Assembly (NCBI RefSeq): GCF_006345805.1
Contig: NC_043008.1
Span: forward strand, 67,766,001 to 67,830,000
Direction of reading: 5' to 3'
Source: Octopus sinensis
Taxonomy: Eukaryota
Length of the DNA stretch: 64,000 nt
Shown here: one piece after another, positions 1 through 11,849 of the stretch
Layout of the letters: every line of letters starts with the position of its first letter
Position numbering within the stretch: position 1 is the first letter of the stretch
The notes under the pieces: generated by a model
The model's input: only the letters and a program-made list of their open reading frames with translations
Told to the model about the DNA's origin: nothing
Database searches by the model: none
Made by a program: the position numbers and the translations under genes

Positions 1-1560
1 CGTGAAATAGCGTTTCGTTAAATATGTGTTTCAACACTCAGCGCTCTGAGTTCAAATCACATCTAGTTCAACTTTGTTTTTTCATCTTTTTGATGTTGAT
101 AAATAAACATTAATTCTGGGCAGAGGTGTTGCAGCGTTGTTATGGTATCAAATGAGACGTCTTGCACACACACAGACACGCTCGTGCAGACACACTCATG
201 TGCACACACACATTAATTTTCGTATTCAATAGAAAATTCTCTAAGCTATATTTTTGGATACAAAACCCCACTCAAGTAGGGAGGTTTTGTTGGCCGAAAC
301 ATATCCATGTATCGGTGTTTTTTTATATTTGGAAAAACTTCAGTAAATATCAATTCCCCAATTCTTATTTTGTTTAAAATTGCAGTTAGGTTATCATATA
401 GCTGTTATACTTATCCGTGAGACAAGGATCTTATTTTCTTAAACTATTGATATATATTACGGAGATGTACTTGCATAGCGAGTGACTTGATCTGAGATCG
501 TACGCTGCAATTATTAATATATAGTTGATAAAATTGACCTTAGTACATGGTTGCTCATTTATTTTTATCGACGTGAAATCTGCAAAACAAACTCTTTTCC
601 ATCGATCTTCCTAGACATTTGTTCTATACCAAGTCAGAAATATACCCGTGTCACTCTTACCGTCAGCAATACAATGAACCCGTTAGAAGCCAGTTAGAGA
701 CATCGTTTGTTATTCACCATTAATATTATGAAATAAAAGAAACCAACCAAAGACCAACATCTACACTTTCAAAAACTGGTCCTTATAATCCCATAGAAAA
801 TTTAGATGTTATCATGTCGTTATTTCATTTTCACAATCAGTTTTCGTCTTTCAGATGTGAGTCTTGTTTCCTGTTTTATTTTTTCCATAACTTGTAGTTT
901 TTTTTTAATTTTCTAACTCTCTTCTCTTTCCTCTCTTATTTATTCCATTTCTTATCTAAAACGTTTTATTTTCTTTGTTTATTTTTTTCTTCCTTCAAAC
1001 ACTCTGCAAGCTGCTGTTTTCGTGCATTAGAATTGAAATATAACATTCTTTAACAGAAACGCATTTCGCAGAAAGCACACACACACACACATATACACAC
1101 ACACATTACGCACACACATCAAATACAAACACATGCATACACATACACACCCAAACGAAAAACAAACAAATATATTAAGTTAATGGAATTCTTTATGTTT
1201 TATATTTGTTCAAAAGACGTTGGTCACAGTTCAGAGACGTTAACGAATTTAAGTAACTTCCTGTTAAAGAATCCTCTATCAGCCTTTCCCGTGGGCGTCT
1301 TCAGTGTTGTTGCCAGAGAACAAGAAATACTCACGTCCCTCCACCACCGCCGGGTCGAAAGTATGAAACATGTCCACACCTACTATTACATGTGTAACCA
1401 TATAAATATATGTTGTATTGGCTTTTAATTATATGGAATTTTAGTCCCCCATGGCAAATATTTCATGTTTATATGCATACTTGTAAGAGTATACATATAT
1501 ACATACAAACATATACGCGTGCGCGCTCATATATACACACATATGCATGGTCATACACGC

Positions 1561-1597
<37 letters not shown>

Positions 1598-1683
1598 CTC
1601 ACCTGCAGACACATACATACATACATACATACATACATACATACATACATACATACATACATACATACATACATACATACATA
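1561..1683. repeat. Compound (CA)n + (TACA)n microsatellite
   Basis: Directly visible tandem repeats; source of the HT/YI/MYVC ORFs at 1410-1737. Confidence 0.97.
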
Positions 1684-2075
1684 CGGGTGCGTAAGGTATT
1701 TAAGAACAAATTTGTTCTTTTAGAAAAACATACATAAAATAACAAAAGTTTTTTAATGAAAAAATTTGTAGGCATAAACTAGATTATCTTCCTTCTAATC
1801 TTGTTCAGTGTAGCCACCTTCAGTATCAATAATTGCATCTCTCTATAATACACCAATAATAAAATAGTTTCAAATTTTAACACAAGGCTGGCAATTTTTT
1901 GGAGTGGTGGTGAGGGAGACATGTCTATTGCATCAGCTCCACTGCTCAACAGGTACTTATTTTATCAACCCCCGAAAGGATGAAAAGTAAAAACGACGTC
2001 GGTGGAATTTGGTAAGCATTTTGCTCAGCATACTAAGGATTCTACCAACTGACCACCTTCCTCATATCAATAATA

Positions 2076-2753
2076 TTAGGTCGTCAATTATGAAATTTGT
2101 AGTAAGGTATGTGATAAATTTTGACAGCTGCTCATCTTGCGCCATTATTATATTTTGACAATCTTTATTTTTTGTTAGAAAGCTGACACATCTATTTCTT
2201 TATCCTAACTCATTTTGCGCTTTATAAAGTATTTATAAATCGTTTGTTGCTATTTTTGTTTAGAGATGGATAAGTCGGGAATTCATACAGTTTTGAAATA
2301 GGAGTTCTTTTTTGGAAATACAGCATCACAGACAGCTCAGAATATTAATGGAGTGTTTCATTCTGATGTTATTACACAGCAGACAGTATCAAATTGGTTT
2401 GCAAAATTTCGTTCTGGTAACTTTGACCTCACAAATTAGCAACGCGGTCGATCAGAAAAAAAGGTGGATAATGACCATCTCAAAGCCACCGTCGAGTTAG
2501 ATCCATCTCAAAGTGCCTGTGAATTATCGTTGTTGTTTTGCGTTAGCAAGCAAACAGTATTGACTCACCTAGTTTTATTGAATCTAGATTGCCAAGCTCT
2601 TATATTTCCTAGCTGGACAAGCTACTGCTGAAATGGCAAAAGTGCATTGACAATATGGGTGCATACTTTGATGAATAAAACTATTCCTTGTATTTATAAA
2701 ACATTAGCAAACATTTTTTTCTTTTCTTACAAATTTCATACTTGACGACCTTA
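2076..2753 (+). mobile_element. Internally deleted mariner (Tc1/mariner) element
   Basis: TIRs TTAGGTCGTCAATTATGAAATTTGTA (2076) and its reverse complement ending 2753 (24/26 match), TA on both sides. Decayed transposase N-terminus from ~2266 (MDKSGIH...QTVSNWFAKFRSGNFDL...ELSLLFCVSKQTVLTHL) is joined directly to the C-terminus (LDKLLLKWQKCIDNMGAYFDE*); the DDD domain is missing. Confidence 0.88.
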
Positions 2754-4119
2754 TATATTGAAATCGATTCTATCAACTACATTCAATTCTTAACAAATCA
2801 TTGGTCATAAAATGATGAGTAATCGTTAATTTGGTGTCACTAAGAAGGCAAAATAAACACGTTGAATTATGTGTCGAATGTTGTTGTTTACTGCCAAGTA
2901 AGACATATCAGAAGACTTATGATCAAGACGTGATTATCCCATTTTTTCCAAACATAGTGTAACGTGAATTGCCTCTATTAATTTTTCGACAGGTACATTG
3001 CAGTAGCCAGTTCTTCTATAACCAGTTCTATAAGATATATTGTTCGTTGCATAACCAAAGAATTCATCAATGCAATGCAATTAGAACATTAGTTTAATTG
3101 TCGAAGCACTAAATTATGTTTTTTGGAAGTATCTAGTGCATGAGCAATTATATTGTGTACCAGACAAGTATAATAAAACCGTAGTAGTGAGCTTATGTCG
3201 GCTTAAGGGAAAATTTATTTATGTGTCAGTTATAGCCGCACAAGTGGTAAGTTTGAAAATTAGTATCATATCAATATTGAAGAACAGCTGGAAAGAAAGA
3301 AAACATGAGTTGATTTACCAACGCCATATGGTCTGTCTTGAACAGAACCACTGTATTCAATAATATTTCAAAGTGTTACAATTATATCTGACAGAAGTTT
3401 CGTATTACAAATCACTTGCTATCAAGAGCGTAAAGACAGAGATAAATTAATTTGCACATACGATATGAAACTTTTGTTATGCATATTTTATTATGCACAA
3501 CACGTGTTAGAAAATCTAAGAAAAATTCACTCGGGAATTAAACATACAGTTTGCTATTCCCTTCACACAGAAAAATAAACAAGATTGGCTTGGCATATTT
3601 CATAAAAAGTCGTTTACTTATTAGAAGGTAAATGCTCCCCTTTCTTCTTCCCGCAAAGAAAAACAATAACAATTGCTCTTTATGTCAAACACAAGCCAGA
3701 ACTTAACTGACAATCGGATTAATATGCATGGTGCACAATCGTCAGTAGTCTGATTTAAATACTAAATATTTTATACACAGTAAATCGGGTAATAGAAAAT
3801 CAAGATGGAGAAAATCTTAAAAGAACTCAGTTTTACTCTGAATATTGTGATAAAAAATACTTCTGAAATAATGCCAGTCACATATAAAGTTTAGTAAATA
3901 ACATTTTCATATTTCTGTGAATATAATCCCACCACTTTAATTAAATAGTTACAACATGAATAAAACGTTTAATGAATCAGTAAAATCGTTACTAGTAAAA
4001 AGCTGCCAGCTTTGATGTCACGAATGGTTATGTGTTTATATGCATTATACCCCAGCATTTTCTGCGGTTAGTATTCATTATCACATTTACTTATTATTAA
4101 TAATATTTTACTTTTAAAC

Positions 4120-4340
4120 AAGGTGGTGAGCCGGATGAATCGTTAGCACGCTGGGCAAAAAGCTTAGCGGCATTTCGTCCGTCTTTAACTTCTGAGTTCA
4201 AATTCTACCGAGATCGACTTTACCCTTCATCTTTCTGGGGTCGATAAAGTAAGTACCAGTTGAGCTCTGGGGTCGATCTAATCGGCTTACCCTCACACCC
4301 GAAACTTGTTAGTCTTGTGCCAAATTTGAAGCCAATATTT
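4120..4340 (+). mobile_element. SINE family A monomer (AAGGCGGCGAGCTGGCAGAA...GAGTTCAAATTC...GGGGTCGAT), tail-B type
   Basis: A-box/B-box-like head (GAGTTCAAATTC). The same sequence recurs >20 times in the window, e.g. 1860-2060 -, 7265-7455 -, 11265-11475 -, 16620-16815 -, 41700-41915 +, 55445-55990 -. Confidence 0.85.
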
Positions 4341-4573
4341 TACTGTTGAATATGACGTGAGAAGTTTTTACGTAACAAATTCATCAATGGTTTCTAAGGT
4401 CGATTTAAACAGATGGACACACCGTCTCTAAGAGGACAGGCGCAGGCGTAGATGTATGGTAAGAAGCTTGCTTCCGGTTACTCAGGAATTCATTTGATTT
4501 GTTGATTTTGTACGGATAGACGTGTTTTTGTTTTTTGTTGTTATTTTTTGTGCGACGTTTTCCCTCTTGTGTG

Positions 4574-5576
4574 ATGGAGGGGTGTCGAGCGAGAAGTTGG
4601 GAAAAGTTGAGGTGTCCTTCTCTAGAATGTGATTCGTCTGAGGAGGAATTGGTTGAGTACTTGAACAAGATGGACAAGGAAATAGAGAAGAAGAATTATG
4701 CTGCGGCGGCGAGAGAAGAAAAAATTGAAGAAATAAACTTGGAAGAGCTGAGCAAATTCAAGGAAATATTTAAAAGGGAGGGTGACGACGTGAAAGTGTC
4801 CCACAACCACAAAGAAGTGTTAAAGGAGAAAAATGAGAAAATTATAATTTATAGAACATACTTGATAGCAACCAGGAAGATTGAAGTTATTGAAGTTAAC
4901 AGCTTAAGTGGAAAAGGCGCTCAAACAAATCTGGCAGGGAATTACCTACCTCGACAGAGGTAGAAAATTTGGATCAGTGGAGGTGCGGTTTCGGGAGGTA
5001 GCTATTGCCAGGCTGCACTCAGCAACACCACTGAGAACTGACGAAGTGGTTCTGCTATTTGTATATCTTGGGAGACGTGCTTCCAGGGTTAGGGTAGAGG
5101 AAATACCCCCTGAAGTGATTGTAGACTGGCTTGTAGCTGCCATACTACCAGATATAGAGAAGGTGGTGGTCCTCCAGGCCACCAAAACACCCCACAGGAA
5201 CTGGTAAGGACAAAGCCTTGATATGGTGGTGCAAGTTGCCAAAGAAGACATTGAAAAGATGGTCGAGACAATCACAGTCGGAGAGGCAACATTGAAAGTC
5301 AGAGTGGAAGGGAGGATTCCGCGGTGCTATAAATGTGGCCTAAAAGGCCACATTAGAGCGGATTGTCCTCCATCACTTGAGAAGGCTAAAGAGAGACCAG
5401 AGAATGAGAATGTGGCTGGTGCTCCACTACCAGTGGAGGTTGAAGAAAAGGAGAGAGAAGCAGTACCACAGATAAAGACCAATAACAGCGTCGAAGAAGG
5501 GGAGATGGACAACGAATGGGAAACAGTTGGGAAAAAGAGAAGAAAGAGGGAAAAAGGCACACGCTGTAAAGGATGA
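4574..5576 (+). pseudogene. Tx1-like ORF1 (gag-like, CCHC zinc knuckle), ~330 aa, with one frameshift (~4900) and one in-frame stop (5205-5207)
   Basis: ORF-track pieces 4535-4963, 4908-5207 and 5223-5576 (the last two share a frame). Motif GRIPRCYKCGLKGHIRADCP and basic C-terminus EWETVGKKRRKR. Confidence 0.8.
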
Positions 5577-6003
5577 CCCCCATCCCACACCCACCCAGAT
5601 CCCACCTACAATCACTCCACCCCCAACCAATCCCTGCAGACGCCATCCCTCTCCATATCCTGCCTGATGTAAACACAAGCATAACCACAATATTTCCTCA
5701 CCCTCGCCCTTGGAAAAATGTTTTATTGTGTACAGTGGTGACAATGAAGAAGTGTATAACGAAATAGACTCATGGGACAGTATCATAAAGGTGGATGTAT
5801 CAAGAGTAAAAGGGATACGCGAGTACCTTCGTCGTGTTGTAGCAGACCCAGCATTCATATCGAAATTAAAGGACTTTGAGGAAAACCGGGACTATGAGTG
5901 CTGGGTCAAGAAACTGGACACCAGCTCAATACCTAAAAAAGTAAGTGTTTATGATATTTTAAAGACGCACAATGTAAATATCCTTCGGAGGAATGATAAT
6001 TAG
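5573..6003 (+). pseudogene. Orphan ORF2 of the half-Tx1 element (~143 aa if one A is restored in the A-run at ~5714)
   Basis: ATG overlaps the ORF1 stop (ATGA, 5573-5576). The Pro/His-rich N-part (5573-~5712) and the 97-aa ORF 5710-6003 differ by a single-base frameshift. No recognisable domain. Confidence 0.5.
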
Positions 6004-8567
6004 TTGTCGCTAATATTTGTGTTATAAACTAGTATTTAAAAAATGTTGTATTAACAGGTTCAATGAAGTCGCTCGGAGGTGGGGCCAAACGGTTTCATTT
6101 CATCTTTTATTATATTAATTAATTCTTCCATTCGTTTTTTTTTAGTCCACACCTTGTGCTGTCCCTCAATGTAAGGCCTTCATGGCCAATTTTATGAAAT
6201 AAAGAAGCTTGCTTCCTAATCACATGATTTCGGGTTCTGTTCCATTGCGTGGTACCTTGAGCAAGTGTCTTCTACTATAGCCTCGGGCTGACCAAAGCCT
6301 TGTGAGGGAATTTGGTAGGAGGAAACTGAAAGAAGATCGTCGTATATATATATATATATATTATATATATATATATATAATATATATATATATATGTACA
6401 TACCAATGTGTATGTCTTTGCGTTTGTGTTTGTTCCACCATCACAGCTTGACAACCGGTGTTGGTGTGTTTACGTCCCCGTAACTTAGCGGTTCGGTAAA
6501 AGAGACCGATAGAAGTACTGGGCTTTAAAAAAAATAAATCCTGGGGTCGATTTGTTTGACTAAAACACTTCAAGGCGGTACTCCAGCATGACCACAGTCA
6601 AATGACTGTAACAAATAAAAGAATAAAAGAATACGTACATGAAGTTGTTGTCATTTTGTATTTTTTACGGTGCGGGTTTACAAAATCCCTTCCCTAGGAA
6701 CAAGTGACTATATGCTTGTAGAGAGACTTGTATTTTTATGATTTTAATTAATGATTAATTAATTTTTGTTCAATTTCTATTATTTAATGAAGATGAATAT
6801 CTTACAATAATAATTGTTGTTGCTTTTGTTTAGCCTCAGCCCAGGCCTAACTGAACAGACCATGATGAAATGGGTTGTAAGATGCCCAAATTGTTGTTTT
6901 GTTTTCTGTTGGGAGTTATCTTGAATCGCATTATTCAATGTAACCTTTGTGTTTTTTTAATAGTCAGGTGGAATCTGCGGAAAGGTACGCTGCTATTTCT
7001 ATAGAGTAGCAGTGTTTCGCCCGGGGAGAGGTTGTCTTGAGAATTGAAAAAGATGGAAGTCAAATAATGTTTGATTTTTTAAAAACTTTTTAAACTCATC
7101 CAACTTCATTGCAGCAAAGAGTGATTAATTAGATGAATGCAAGTTCTGTTTTGTCTGCTCACTAATAAGCAAGGGGGCGGAAATTACACAAACTTGTGTA
7201 AGGGCGCTGATATTCGCTACTGAGAATCGCTGGTGTAGAGGCTCCTAAATCAATTGTAATTGATAGTGGTTTCAAATTTTGACACAAAGCCAGCAAGTTC
7301 GAGAATGGGGTAAGTCGATTACACCGACCCCCAGGGCTCAACTGGTTTTATTTTATCGATTCCCAACAGAATTTCAACACATGATGTAAAGACGTACTAA
7401 ATACCTCAAAGCATTCTACCTGGCGTGCGAATGATTCTGCTATCTTGCCGCCGTAATTGAAATTCATGTTACAATGAAATTCTCCCACGTTCTCTTCAGG
7501 TTTTTGGTGTGGTATACTTGACGTTTAACCTTAAGGTCGTTCTGACACACTCTATCTATTACAAGGTGTGTCTTACAACATACTTTACGGTATAGTTAAG
7601 ACCATCCTTCACCATAGAAATATTTTATGAATTCGGCATTATTTTTGACTTTTGGAAGCAGGAACCATGGCTTAACCGCATTAACATTCCTTAACATATA
7701 ATTAAGGACGAGCGTTTTTGGGCACAAATCATTCGGAAACCAACAAATGTCATTTTTATTTGACTCGAGCATGATCGATAGAGTTGTAGATTAAATAGCT
7801 TTTAAATCTTTTTAATCATTTTCTGAGTTCCAGGTTCAAATCCTACCAGGGGCAACTTCTATGTTTTAATTTTTTGAATCGACAATATATATAGCATACA
7901 AATATTGAAGTCAATCTAATCGATTATACATCTCAAAAATCTATTGACCTGACACTGCGACAGAAATCCTTGTTTAAGACACTGTCCATCTTGGAGTAGT
8001 GCAGATGCTCAAGAGTCATACGCAGAGCTGTGTGTTGTGGACTCTGCATTATGCTAGTTTAAGGATTTTTAAACATATTTGTTGAACTGTAACTATAAAT
8101 TGATTGACTCGACTCAGTACAGGACTGGCATTGTATATTAAATACCCTTTCGCTGACAGATGACTAGCACAATTCGAAATATTAACACACGACTACAAAT
8201 CTGTAGGGTAAAAGAATCAGTGACTTGACTCGACCCAAGTTCATGACTAATACTTATACTATTGCCTCCAGCGTGATTTAAATTAAAGTATGTAGCAGGC
8301 TATAACTAGGCATTGCTATGCTATTAGTCAAGTTCACTACCATAATTAACGATCTATTACAGTGACAAAACTAATTAATGTACCTCATCAAACCCTAATT
8401 AAAGATGTTTAACATTGGCAGGGGATTGAAATATTGAGGAAATTGCTGAAATCGATTGGTGAGTCTAATAACAGCTACTTATTTTCATCGACCTGATGAA
8501 CTATTTTTGACTCGAATCTTAGTCTCTTCTGCTCGACGACTTTTGAATTATTAATATAGTATAAATT

Positions 8568-8970
8568 AAGGGCAACAAGCTGGCAGAAACGTTAGCACGC
8601 CGGGTGAAATGCGTTGCCGTATTTCGTCTACCGTTACGTTCGCCAAGGTCGACTTTGCCTTTCATCCTTTCGGGGTCGATAAATTAAGTACCATTTACGT
8701 ACTGGGGTCGATGTAATCGACTTAATCCGTTTGTCTGTCCTTGTTTGTCCTCTCTGTGTTTAGCCCTTCATGGGTAGTGAAGAAATAGCTATTTTTGTCT
8801 GGCATTACGTTCTGAGTTCAAATTCCGTCGACGTCGACTTTGCCTTCATCCTTTCGGGGTCGATTAAATAAGTACCAATTACACATTGGGGTCGATTAAT
8901 CGACTTAATCCCTTTGTCTGTTCTTGTTTGTCTCCTCTATTTTTAGCCCTCTGTGGGCAATAAAGAAATA
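8568..8970 (+). mobile_element. SINE A head-to-tail dimer (both units with tail A)
   Basis: Body repeated; junction AGAAATA|GCTATTTTTG at 8787/8788; ends GGGCAATAAAGAAATA. Confidence 0.88.
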
Positions 8971-9379
8971 AATATTGTATTAATTACAAATAAACACAAT
9001 CATTTAATTAGTAATTATGCAATTCCAAATAACTAATTAGTGATGCTTTTAATGCTATAAGCAATGACAAATAGATAAATGTTCTCATCATCCTTGCTGT
9101 TATTTTACATATTATAACCAAGAGAATCAACATGTTGCCTGTTATGCCACGAACAAATAAGCTCTCTTCATCCTCCATTCTCTTTCGCTCTCAGTTCCTC
9201 CCGCTCTCATTCTCACGCAAAATGCGCGCACCCATGCACACACATTCCAGAGCACCAACCCGCTAAACAGTCGACCGTTTCGCAAGCAACCATCAATCAC
9301 CTTTCCTATGCACGACAAACAGACACAGTGCTCTTCACGTCGGCTGATATTCGTGATGTTGTTGTTGATGTTGTTGTTA

Positions 9380-9572
9380 TTAAGCAACAAGACGGGTAAG
9401 GGCGATTAGGTGATGGTCTAGGGCTTAGGGGCGGGAGACCCCAGACCTTGGAAAAAAAACTTTGGCCGTCTTGTTGTAGTCGAGGGCTCTTCGTTGACGC
9501 CCGACACCTCTGAGAGGTGGCCCTCGAAGTCGCTGGAAATGGAGATCTCTAGGTACAAATTCTTGAACGGCT
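9380..9572. repeat. GC-rich 193-bp island, copy 1 (copy 2 at 20428-20621)
   Basis: About 10 substitutions plus 1 indel between the copies (by eye); both are flanked by trinucleotide repeats. Confidence 0.92.
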
Positions 9573-10089
9573 CCTGCTGCTGCTGGAGTTGCTACTGCTA
9601 CTACTCCAAACCAACATAAAGCTTCCACACTAATATAGCGGCATGCTGTGTCCTCCTTCTGTCATTTCTACTACTACTAGAACTATCTCTGCACTGCTGT
9701 GTACAAACCCTCAAACAACCCCACCATTTTTTCCCATTTTATTTTGTAATTCTGACTGCTCGTAGCTTAGGGGTTAGGGATACTTGGCTCATGATCATCG
9801 TAACGTGGGTTCGATTCGTTGACAGCGAAGCGGGTTGTGACCTTGAGTGAGCATTTCATTCCACACTGTTCAAGTCCACTCAGCTATCAATGAGCACCAG
9901 CTGAGTGCAGGTACTGAGCCTTTCTTTCTCCAACAGTAGCATTCTCGATTTTCTGCTAAATCAATAGTGAGAGGACCGAGAAATTGTCTATGTCTGCTTA
10001 CCTAAAACATTAGCAAAGGGATGCTACGTTACCAAACTCGCTCGCGAGTTACGGCTGACTGCATTGTACTTTTGCTGTAGAATCAGTCT

Positions 10090-10335
10090 GTAAGTAATAG
10101 TAAAGGTTACCTTCTCGAGTTCTGTCGACTCATAAGGGCCAGTTTCCAGGTTTACATGGCATATAATTTCCCCACTTGGACGGGACGCCAGTCCGTCAAT
10201 GGATTACTCGTTTTTGTCAGCTGAGTGGACTGGAGCAACGTGAAATGAAGTGTTTTGCTCAAGAACACAACGCGTCGCCCGATCTAGGAATAGAAGCCAC
10301 AATCTTACGATCATGAGTCCGTGGATTTCATGTAG
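10090..10335 (-). mobile_element. SINE family C (tRNA-like head, TTCTTGAGCAAGACACT core, CCACTCAGCTG)
   Basis: Recurs at ~9770-9905 +, 13170-13430 -, 14805-15125 +, 26100-26240 -, 52870-53110 -, 62120-62350 -. Confidence 0.75.
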
Positions 10336-10432
10336 AATCGAGAAACTCCTTAATTCAAATCCCTTTTCTAATCATGTATTGTTTATGGTTCATCCACTAC
10401 GAAATGTTGACCTTTCAGTCGATATTTTGAAC

Positions 10433-10553
10433 TGAACCTGCTAAGAGGTCAGTTTAGATAAAACGGTTGAAAAGTCAGGTCACAATAGCTCTTAGCTGTT
10501 TATCGGATCTGACCTCCCAGCCGTTTATCTAAATTGACCCCACAGCAGGTTCA
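10433..10553. repeat. 121-bp fold-back (MITE-like) hairpin
   Basis: TGAACCTGCTAAGAGGTCAGTTTAGATAAAACGGTTG pairs with CAGCCGTTTATCTAAATTGACCCCACAGCAGGTTCA; inner AGGTCA/TGACCT stem. Confidence 0.75.
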
Positions 10554-10589
10554 TATACTGCGGTGATTTACCATTATCTTCTCTATACC

Positions 10590-10819
10590 TATTTCTTTAT
10601 TACCCACAAGAGGCTAAACATAGAGGGGACAAACAAGGACAGACATAGGTTTTAAGTCGATTACATCGACTCCTGTGCGTAACTGGTGCTTAATTTATCG
10701 ACCCCGAAAGGATGAAAGGCGAAGTCGACCTCGGCGGAATTTGAACTCACCACGTAACGGCAGACGAAATACCGCAAAGCATTTCGCCCGGCGTGCTAAC
10801 GCTTCTGCCAGCTCGCCGC
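10590..10819 (-). mobile_element. SINE A monomer with tail A and 12-bp TSD
   Basis: CTTCTCTATACC at 10578-10589 and 10820-10831; on the minus strand the element ends AAAGAAATA followed by target GGTAT. Confidence 0.88.
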
Positions 10820-11849
10820 CTTCTCTATACCGACAAGAGAATTAAGTTCAAAACACAAAGAAGATTTGTTATGCTAACACTGCTTACAACCATATCGATA
10901 CCACTTTTCTAATATCTAATGCACTTACTCATGCATAATTCAAGAAATTTAATACAACACATCAACACATCAAGAATGCATTACATTCGAGTGAAAAAAG
11001 ATAAGAGGATAAAAAATGTTTTACAGAATTAGGGTACATAAATTAGGGTTGCATTGCATTCTAGACCACATTGTAGTCGAATGTGTGCAGTGATTGTCTT
11101 GGTCATGGTACACCCAACTCTCGGCCGTGGATTTTGATAATTAACTCATGATCATTAGCTTAACACTTGATCACAGGTAAAACTGGCCTAAAACATATTT
11201 CAAGGTTGTCATAGTCTCTAACTCTTCAAAATATACCTCATATATTTTCTTTATCACAAACTAATGGTTTCAAATTTTGGCACAAAGCCAGTAACTTCAG
11301 GAAGTGTAAGTCAATTATATCGACTCCAGTTTTCGACTGGTACTTATTTCATCGACTTCGAAATGATGAAAGGCAAAGACGGCTCGGTGGAATTTGAACT
11401 CAGAACGTGAAGACGGACGAAATGCCGCAAACCATTTCGCCAGGCGTGTTAGATTCTGCCAGCTCGCAGGCTTCTTTATCACAAAATATTGACTGGAGAA
11501 ATATTGACTAGGAATACCTTTTGCTTGAAAAACTAATAGTTAAAGTTAAATTTGTATTGACATGCCCATCAAATGCGTAGAAAATCCCACTAACTAAATG
11601 ATTAATTTTGGCCCAGCAAAGTAGAGGAAATTTAAATTAATTGAAATTGAATATAGGCATGGTATGGGATTAGTTTGATTTCTTAATCATAGTTCTCAGT
11701 CATAGTTCTTGGTCATAAACACACCTCAAAGCCGATGACAAGCTACAAACCTCTAATATCTCACTTGTCGTTTTATTGTACTTTATAGACTCAGCCAGTT
11801 TTGTTTTGAAAATAGATACAGATATTTCTAAATTTACAACTGATTCCTA

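Larger units (their letters stand above)
4476..6201 (+). mobile_element. 1726-bp non-autonomous Tx1/L1-like retroposon lacking EN/RT (HAL1-like)
   Basis: Perfect 15-bp TSD AAGAAGCTTGCTTCC at 4461-4475 and 6202-6216; gag-like ORF1; 3' end CTGTCCCTCAATGT...GAAATA resembles the Tx1 3' end at ~40917-40957. Confidence 0.85.
4438..6633 (+). mobile_element. SINE family B (tRNA head + internal microsatellite + TAAAAGA tail), interrupted by the 4476-6201 insertion
   Basis: Head GGCGCAGGCGTAGATGTATGGTAAGAAGCTTGCTTCC (to 4475) resumes at 6217 as TAATCACATGATTTCGGGTTCTGTTCC. Uninterrupted head copies at ~19140-19212 and ~59060-59130 (minus) show the two parts are contiguous. Other family members at 13910-14330 -, 18820-19212 -, 56450-56640 -. 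Confidence 0.85.

Noticed and set aside
1270-1310. Minus-strand CTGAAGA-cgcccacgg-GAAA as a hammerhead
   Set aside because: Stem II and stem III do not pair.
1332-1380. Possible 45-nt minus-strand micro-exon (TAG|GTGTGG...GGGAC|GTGAGT)
   Set aside because: Good donor but no polypyrimidine tract and no recognisable peptide; needs RNA-seq.
3136-3560. Possible old LINE C-terminus (FRITNHLL)
   Set aside because: A single short motif in AT-rich sequence.
9450-9530. A_AAA_AAC slippery site plus downstream stem as a -1 frameshift signal, or an HDV-like ribozyme
   Set aside because: No upstream ORF is in the needed frame; P1/P3 pairing and the J4/2 C..A motif could not be built on either strand.
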